The notes under the pieces were generated by a model. The model was not told the DNA's origin. It was given only the letters and a program-made list of their open reading frames with translations, and ran no database searches. Position numbers and translations under genes: made by a program. From the human T2T-CHM13v2.0 reference genome, Homo sapiens, in NCBI RefSeq assembly GCF_009914755.1, contig NC_060928.1: a stretch of 64,000 nt of DNA. One strand, written 5' to 3'. Shown here piece after piece: positions 55,360 to 64,000 of the stretch (within the stretch, counting starts at the first letter, position 1; every line of letters begins with the position of its first letter).

Positions 55360-56400
55360 GAATTCATGTTTATTCATTCAATCAGTAAATATTTATTGAG
55401 CAGTTACTTAGTGCTTGAAACTCTTTGATTTATCTAGAGATAAAACAGTGAACAAGACTGACAAGATTATTACTTTCCTGAAGCTTACATTTTACTAGCA
55501 AGTCAGAGGAAGACACAGACAATAAATAAGAAAACAAAATAAATGGGATAATTTTATATTGGAAAATTTGCCTTAAAGAAAATATAACTGGGACAGAGAA
55601 TAAAGGTAGATCAGCATGGGGGTGGGACACAGAAGACTATCCAAAGGAGGGAACATTTTATTACAACCTCAAATGGAAATTTTGGAGGAAGAATATCCAA
55701 TGCATAAGAAGCAACAGATATAAAAGCCCTGCATTGGGAACCAGCTGGGAGTGTTTAAGGAATGACTAGGAGGCCAATGTTGACTCAAAGAGAGGGAACA
55801 AACAAGGCAGTCATATAAAAGGAGATTAAAGAGTTAGTTGGGCCCAGATATACAATAGAACCTTGAAAAACATAGTAAAGACTTAAGAGTTTTTTCTAAT
55901 GGCAAAGACAAGCCATTGGAAATTTTTAAAGAAGCATTTTTTACCTCTGGCTCTTAAAGTAGAGAAAGATATATGGTGAGAAGGAGAGAGTGCAGCAGAG
56001 GCAGTGAGCAAGAGTGAATGTAGTAAGAGAAGTTAGGAAGCCAGTGCAGTAATCCAGGAGAGAGAGGGTGATGACTCAGTCTAGGGTGGTGTAATTGAGA
56101 TGTGAAAGTGGCAGCTACAGGTCTCTCATAGCTGTGAAACTGATAGGACTGGAAACTGTTTGGATGTTATTTGATGGGTGAGGTAAAGAGAGAAATCAGG
56201 ATAAGCTTATTTTCTGAACAAATAAATGGATGATGGTATCATTAACTGAACTGGTCAAGCATGAACCCAAAGTAGGTTAACAAACAAGGGAAATTAATAC
56301 CTCGGCTTTGGGTTTAGTAAGCTTGAGATTTTTATTAGACAGATTAATCTAAGTTATAATAGATGTATAAATGTGAAATTCAGGAGAAAACAAAATAAAT
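55360..56400. mobile_element. L2 LINE fragment(s)
   Basis: ttattcattcaatcagtaaatatttattgagc (L2 3' end) followed by purine-rich L2 body motifs (gaagccattggaaattttt, gcagtaatccagg). Confidence 0.65.
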
Positions 56401-57209
56401 AAAAATTACAATTTGAAAGGTAGAAGGTACTTATGAAAGATTTCTGTGTTAGATGAAGGACTTTGAGCTTGATGATGTTAGAGATTAGTAGTTATTAAGG
56501 GATGCTTAAATGATCTGAGAGATACACTGAAGTGGGTGGGAAGAGAATCGAAGCAGAAAAAGATAGGCACCTTTTTATAAAGTTCCTAAATTCTAGGAAT
56601 GAGAATGGCAAATGACTTCATTATACGCTTTTGACTGTAAGGAAGGAAATCTGAAATCAAATGTTCCTAAGAAATTTATCTCACATAGCGACATATTTAA
56701 TGATAGAATGGGCTCCATGATTGCTCAATTCAGAGGTTCAACAGGACAATGTTCTCAAGAACCGAAGTTCTTTTCACCTCTATACTCATCCATCCATGGT
56801 GAGTGAGACAAAACTGTCCTCAGGCAGACCTGCCTTGTGACAGAAGTGTCCTGTCCACAGGGACAGAGGTAATATAGTTCCTTGTTCTCATTCAGGAGAA
56901 ATCTCCCCTCTCAACCAGAAACAGATTAATATAACTCTGTCTCTTCAGCTTTATTAGTTCATCTTAGGTCATATGTTTACCCAAATCAGTTCATCTTCTT
57001 AGGTCACAGGTTTACCACGGACTGAGCAGATCCACACAAGAATATATACTGATGGCTTAGACTGTGTATCTAATGGGATGGAAGAAATGTTGGAAGGTAT
57101 ACTATACTATACCATACCTATACTATAACATTCCCTACAACTAATTTAAAGAATTGACAGATAATAGAGAATATAAGGAACAAATGAAAAAGAATTAACA
57201 CCCACAATA

Positions 57210-57445
57210 AAATAGCTATCATTTATTGCACATTTATTAAGTGCCAGCTACTTTTCTAAAGTTTTTACATGTACTAACTCCTTTAGTCCTTATAACACCC
57301 CAGAAGAGCTGCTATTATCGTTTCATTTTATAGTCAAGGACACTGACACATAGAGTAGCTACTCAAGTTATAGTTAATAAATGGCTGAGCTAGGATTTGA
57401 ATCCAGACAAATCTGACTTCAGCTGTCATGCCCTTAACCAGTTTG
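57210..57445 (-). mobile_element. MIR SINE
   Basis: aatagctatcatttattgcac...tttcattttatagtcaaggacactgac...gagctaggatttgaatccag. Confidence 0.7.
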
Positions 57446-57944
57446 CTCTAGTTAAATGAAAATAGAAAGAGGGACGATACCATAAACTCAACTGGAAAAT
57501 TATAAACAGGAACATGAGAAGGGGGATTGTATGGGAAGGAAGAGTATGATATTGGTTTAGCTATGTTGAATTTGTAATGACATCAAGAAGTCTGAAAACT
57601 GTGGAACGTATGAGACAGAAGGTTGGGTAAGATGGAGGAAAGAAATATGGATTTAGGATTTATCAATAAAAAGTAACATGGGGAAAAATTAAGAGAAACT
57701 ATGTGCAGAGAAAAAGGAACAAAGCCCCTAAGGACTGATATTAAAGGAAAAAGAGGAAGAGGCTTTAGTAAAGAAATGACTAGAAACATGCCTTATAAGT
57801 AATGACAGCAAACTATGAAATCTGTACATCCTCAAGACCTTGAGCAATTTCTGTACAAAGCCATTGTTGAAGGGCTATTTCTTAAATGAGAGAATAAACA
57901 GCTGCTATAGACCGCTTCGGCTCATCCTGTGTTTCCTCACTCTA

Positions 57945-58128
57945 ACACAATGGTTCTCCATTTTTAGCCAAGCATCAGGATCACCTGAACGGTCTGTTAA
58001 AACACATTTCTGGGCTCCAGCCCCAGAGGTTCTGGTTTCGCAGGCATGTATAATTTTTATTTCTAACAAGTTCCAGGTGATGCTGTGCTGCTGATCTAGA
58101 TCTAGTCCACATTTTGAGAACCACTCTT
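57945..58128. mobile_element. MER5A-type hAT MITE
   Basis: caatggttctcc...gcatcaggatcacctg...tttctaacaagttccaggtgatgctg...ccacattttgagaaccact. Confidence 0.75.
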
Positions 58129-61100
58129 GTTAATACATGGTCTTTGACTTCTTTGCTCTTATTCTCTCCCTTGTATCTTTTTCTTGCTTCTTTATTCTCT
58201 TTTTTTTACCATGTTTTTTTGGATTTCATATGCAAACACATACAGTTGCTACTACTCTACATTATTTTATTTAATTCTTGCAAAACATCACTGAGAGAAT
58301 GATTATTGTGCCTGTCTTATAGATTATAAAGCAAAGCTTAGCACAAAGGATAGATACTTTAGTACTGAATCAATAAACCTAAATTATACAACAGACTAAC
58401 ATTCTAATTTCTTTTTGAACTAATATTCCCCAATTCCACTTATTTCCTTTCTTCTACTTGATCAACCATGATATCATCTTCAACAACCAAAATCATTTTT
58501 TAACGGCTATTTTGACCATATCACATAATTTTTAAAATCGTTCTGTGCCTGTTGTTCCTTTTGCCTGTATAGAATCCTTCTTATTGATCAACTCATTTCT
58601 CTAACTTGGCCTAATATCTCAAACAGTGCTTTGCCTATAGGAAATCAACAACATGATGTTAACTAATGCATTGGGTAGCAGTCTTTCAGACTTTCACCTA
58701 AGCCAATATCCTACTTGGCCACTCTCCTTATCCCAGTAAAGTTTCATTTATTTTTTTCTTTTATTAACATAATAATTATTTGACAATAAAAACTTTGCCT
58801 TTTATAGTCATTAAAGCTTGTTTGGTTTTCATGGAGGGTGAAGAAGAACTTACTAAGAAAAGTTTTTTTCACTTAAAGAAGGAAAACAAGTCTACTATAT
58901 TCCCAAGTCTATACTCCGAGTATTTTCTCCCTGCATCACACCGTAAAGTCTATAGGTCTCTTGATAACTTAAAATCACAGAACCATAAACTCAAAACTAA
59001 GAGTGATATTTTATCATCTGTTTCAAAGCCATCTTTATCCAGGTCACTGTGAGGAAATGAAGTCTCCAAGAGGAGAGATGAATGGGCCAGAGTCATTCAG
59101 GTACAGCCTGACAGAGTTAGAGTTACAGAAAATCCCAGATTTCCCTATTATCAGTCTTGTGTAATTCTTTCTGTCGCATAACTTTATAACTCCAAAATCC
59201 TAGTCCATCTCCAAAACATTATGATGTTCAGAATGTGACTAGCTACATAGGTTTTGAATCAGGCACTATGAAGATAAAAAAAAGAAAAACAGAATAAATA
59301 AAAAGAATCCTACAAGTTTCCTCCCCCAGCTCACCTTGTATATGCCTTTCCCCACCACCACCTCCCTGACCCAGCCCCCCATCTGCATTCCAAGGCACTA
59401 GGGTACTCTTGGTGCCTGCTTCTGTGAGGGCCTTGATTCCTAGGCTCACACTTCCTCTGGTTAACTCCTGCTCAATTTCCTATCTCACTTTAAATAGCCT
59501 GTCCCTAAGGTGAAATCCAGCCACCTTTATTGCCAACTTCCAATGCCTTTCCATAGACAGAAAGCAGCCCTAAGGATATGTTCCAAAATTCACTGGAAAG
59601 TGGGGAAAAAAAATAAGGACAAAATCATCAGATGTTAACTCAATTACCTCAATTAAAAGAACTGTCTTTTTTTCTGAGATTATATCCTTTTTATATTTGG
59701 GGAATTATATGTTATTTTATTTATGAAAAAGCATAGATTTTTTTTTTAAAATACCTCAATGAAATAAAAGTTGAGCAACCTCTGTCAATCCCTCCAACTT
59801 TTTTTCCTGAAATTTGAAAGTCTTGGAATGCATATCCCTTACTCAAAATTACTGTGCAAAGATTCAGTCTAGAAAAAGGGGCACAAAAATAAGAAATGTG
59901 CAACCAACTTGCTGTACAAGACCCTCTGTTTTAATTCCTTTTTAAAGCAACCCAGTGCTTGTATAGTGGTGTGTGAAACATAGGAGTTTCTAAGCAAATG
60001 CTTTTTAGATTCCTTACACTTAAAAAAAGTCCTTTGGGATGTTTTATGCAGAATGCTACGTCCTAGTTTAAATCTAAGAACTCTTTTGACCTTCAGTCCA
60101 TGTAGAAAAATGTAAAAAATAAATGAGAAAATTAACCTGTTCAAAGAAAAGCTTTAAAAAAATTCTTCAAGCAGAGCTTCTCCCTGTTATCATTGATTAA
60201 AATAAGAAGGGGAACAAACTGAAAGGTTTAAAAGGAGTTGTCCCTTAAAATATTTTATATACATACTGCAAAAAAAATATTCATTCTGAAAACAAAGGCT
60301 TCTAGACTCAGTTTACTGAATGCGAAATGATCAGACTCGTCTTATTCAGATGTGAAGGTGACCATTTGAGGTCTCAAATAGCCATTGTAACCACCCTGCA
60401 CAAAATCATTTCTCTGAAAACTGGCTACCTCTAGGACACAGATTCTGCATCACCTCACAAAAGATGGTAGTGAAATCCCTTTAGGAAATATTTAAATAAT
60501 GAGCCAATTCATATTCCCTTCAGAGTTTCTCATATCTTTTGCCAACATTGAAAATCCATCTTATCCCTCACAGCAAACAACCACTTCATGTGTTTCCTAG
60601 GGGTTAGACTGTTCCATTTCCTTTCCACCAAAGATGACCTTGTGTACAGGACCAGTTTTGCAGGCAGCACAAGAGAGTTATTCTTTTGATAACATAGGAT
60701 TTAAAATTCAGGACAGCTAAATTTCATAGGAAGAGCTCCAAAAGGATGTGGTCACTTGGTGGAGCATATACTGTACACAGCTGATAGGCTTCACAATGAA
60801 ACACCTGGTAAAGCGTATCTTTGAATCCTTAAGCTTCCCTTTCTTCTGCATCTTTACACTTTGGAAATCCATGAAGCTGCTGTTAGGCAGAGCATTTAAT
60901 GGGGATCTTGCATCACCTCAATATTCCCACTTGTATGCCTATTTTGATGCAGTCACACTACGAGTCTAATATGAAAAATAACTTTTAAAAGGCAATGAAA
61001 ATGTAAGTCAACCTAAAAGGAACATATATACTGAGACTGGTAGATTCAGCCATGCATTATGCTTAATATGTTTCAAGTTAACGTGAACTTGTTTGAAAAG

Positions 61101-61413
61101 AGATAGAAAAATATATATACAAACTAGCAGTGTTTCATCCCATTTAACAAGTATTTGTTAACCACCTACTAAATGCCAGACACTATGGTAGGCTGTGGAG
61201 CTATAGCTTTGAACTATACACAACCCCAGCCTCCAAACCTCTTGCTCTCTAGAAGGAAAGGTGAACAAGTGAATGAGCTATTTTCTGTTTGGTGTGATAG
61301 GTGTTTTGGGACCACAGGGAAGCAGTGTAGACCTCAGGTGAAAATTATCAGGAAAGCTTCCTAGTGGAATTGATACTGGAAAGATTATTTAAAGAACAAT
61401 TGATGTTGGTTAA

Positions 61414-62113
61414 TGTTATGGGCTAAAGTTTGAAGTCCTAACCTCCAGTACCTCAGAATGTTACTATATTTGAATACAGGGTCTTAAAATGTAATTAAGG
61501 TTTAAAAAAGTCACTGGGGCATGCCCTATCTAATATGACTTGTGTCTTTATAAGAAGAGGTTAGAATACAGACATGCACAGAGGGAAGACCACGTGAAGA
61601 CACAAGGAGAAGACAGCCATCTATAAAGTAAGCAAGATATCTCGTAAGAAATCAACCCTGCCAGCACCTTGATCTCAGACTTCAGCCTCCAGAACTGTGA
61701 GAAAATTAATACAGTCATGTACCACATAATGACGTTTTGGTCGATGACAGACTGCATAAAAAACAATGGTTCCATAAGATTATAATACTGCATTTTTCTT
61801 GTAACTTTTCTATGTTTAGACACACAAATACCTATCATTGTGTTACAATTGCCCACAGTATTCTGTATAGTAACATGCAGTACAGGTTTGAACCCAGGAG
61901 CAATAGGCTATATCATATAGCCTAGGTGTGTAGTAGGCTATACGGTCTAGGTTTGTGTAACTACACTCCATAATGTTCATACCATGACAAAAATCACCTA
62001 AAGATACATTTTTCAGAACACATCCTTGTCGTTAAGCAGCACATGACTATGTCTCTTGTTCAAGCCAACCAGTCCATGGTACTTGGTTATGGCAGCCCTG
62101 GCAAATTAATACA
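61414..62113 (+). mobile_element. MLT1A/B-type MaLR solo LTR, interrupted by Tigger3a and set in an L2 relic
   Basis: tgttatgggctaaa...ccagtacctcagaatg...caccttgatctcagacttcagcctccagaactgtgaga...ttggttatggcagccctggcaaattaataca. Confidence 0.8.
61712..62049 (-). mobile_element. Tigger3a (MER7A/Golem) MITE
   Basis: TA|cagtcatgtaccacataatgacg ... ttgtcgttaagcagcacatgacta termini; internal aggctatatcatatagcctaggtgtgtagtaggcta. Confidence 0.78.
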
Positions 62114-64000
62114 GTCGATGAATGACAGTAAATGCAGTAAATGCTAAAAAAAAAAAAAAAAATGAACTGGAACAAGAGTCACCACTTCGAATGGAGTATT
62201 AATCAGGAATATTAATCAGGAAGTGGCAGCAAATGAGCCTGGGAAGATACACAAAGGACATGGGGACTTCTTAGCTTCATTGAGAAGGGCCTGAGATGCC
62301 TGGCCAGAGTTCAGACTCAATCCTGAGCATGAAGGGATGCCACCAGAGGTTTTTAAGTGAGATTGAACATAAAAAGCTTACATTTTATAAAAGTCACTCT
62401 GGCTGCAGTGTTGATTATTAGTTGTCTGAGAGCAAGACTCTTTGAAGCTGGGAGACCAGTCAGAAATTTAATCTAGATGAGAGATGATACCAACCTAAAA
62501 TACAGTGAAAATGGGGGGAAAAAGTTTGGAAACGTAAATTTGAGTTATAATAAAGGAACAATGTGAGAACAAAGTTGTTAGAACAATCTCTGAGTCTCCT
62601 CCACGCTGTCACATTTCCACCCCAGTGCTTAGTCTTCTCATAATAGCCATATTTGTAAGAGAAGGCAAATTCCGTTTTTATTAGTTAATATATTTGGCAA
62701 CTTCTCCTAAGGCACCTGCCAACTCCAGTGTATCTCAGGCTTTTACTCTTGAACTCTGAAACCCGAGAATGCTAAATTAATTCACACTTCTAAGAAGAAC
62801 ATGGATTGAGGCACATTCTATAATACCTATATTTAAACACTTCCCAGAAGTGTGCTATTTTGTATGTGTGAAAATTGCCAACACAACATTCACAAACCCT
62901 CTTAACTTGCATCTCCAGCCTTGACGTCCCTGAAGAAGAATAAACTGCCTTCTAAATGTAGTTAGCTAAGAGAAAAGATTAGGAAAGGAGGAGTAGAGGA
63001 AGGAGTGGAAATGGGGGGAAAGAAAAGAGATTTTTACCACCCACTAGTTTGACTGTTTAGTCAATCTCTTTGTCTCAACAACCTACTTTTAGTGCATGAA
63101 AGATGTGGTTACTCTCTGAGACGAGAGTATAATCTCTGCTGGAAAGTATACATAGTCAGCGTGTCTGATTTTCTTAGGAGCTCTACCTTTGGACAAGCAG
63201 GAGTTAGCAAGAAGTATATAAAGTCAGTGAGTCTCACACATGGGAAAACTTTATTTGCCATCTATGAAATGTTCAAATATTAGAAGGATTTATTTTTATT
63301 ATCCTTTTCTTCAAAGCACTCCATTTTAAATGTCAGTAAGCTTTTCAACAATAAAGATAGATTTCAGCAAATTGCCAGTCAAGGTTTTTCTTTTATTTCC
63401 TGGGTGTTTCTTAATAAGTGGACTTATTGTAGCCCAGATGTCTGTCTGTCTAGTGGCCAGCCTTTTCATATCCACGATCATTTTCTCTCTCTCATCATAT
63501 TTCCCAACTACGCTTTACTGCATTTATCTTCTTAAACCATGTGTGACTTTCTATACCAGGAAATTTTCAAGGGAACATCACTTCATTTTGCTTCCAATAG
63601 AAGCCCAGGCACAAAGAGAAATGATAAAACTCTGGCCCCTGCTTTATTCATAAAACACTTTGCAGAGTGCATTTAGTAATTTGCCATTGTAACCACTGGC
63701 ACTAAGAGCTTTCAGGGCCGAGTTCTGATGCTGTATTTAGTTCATACTTTGACTGCTCAGCTAAAACTTCCATTTGTATGCATTTATTCTGCTTCACACA
63801 TTATGTTGTCAGTCACTTGCAATATTTCAAAGTCACAGCAGGCTTTTTCTGACACATATTTGTCAGAATGAACTGCCTTGATTGCTATTATTACAGACTA
63901 TAGTGCCTGAGTAAGGGGAAAAAAAACTTATGTAGTACCAGAATATTGAAACTGCCTAATAAAACAATAGATACAAGAGAATAAAAATAGAATAAATGCA

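Overview
AT-rich, repeat-dense primate (very likely human) genomic DNA from inside the giant GRID2 gene (glutamate receptor delta-2/GluD2; human 4q22), transcribed on the + strand. There is one host coding exon: 167 bp at 41677-41843, encoding the end of the S2 ligand-binding lobe (probably exon 14, V732-R787). The rest is intron. It holds two full-length antisense L1s with intact ORF1 and broken ORF2 (an L1PA2-type GAG element at 4441-10484 and an L1HS-lineage ACG/A element at 23693-29743), a 5'-truncated L1PA, two small 5'-inverted L1 insertions with apparent 3' transductions, full-length HSMAR2 and Tigger1 DNA transposon fossils, MITEs, eight Alus, MLT1 LTRs and MIR/L2/L1M relics. I found no new gene or novel enzymatic system. 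The most interesting signals are: (i) private variants, including the same ORF2 nonsense codon, shared by two independently inserted L1s of different subfamilies, suggesting patchy interlocus gene conversion; (ii) an exon whose first bases form a splice donor (recursive-splicing candidate); (iii) traceable L1 3' transductions; (iv) an Alu whose tail has been rebuilt into fold-back palindromes; (v) direct L1 repeats and inverted Alus bracketing a frameshifting exon. Subfamily names and consensus states are from memory and need RepeatMasker/Dfam confirmation.
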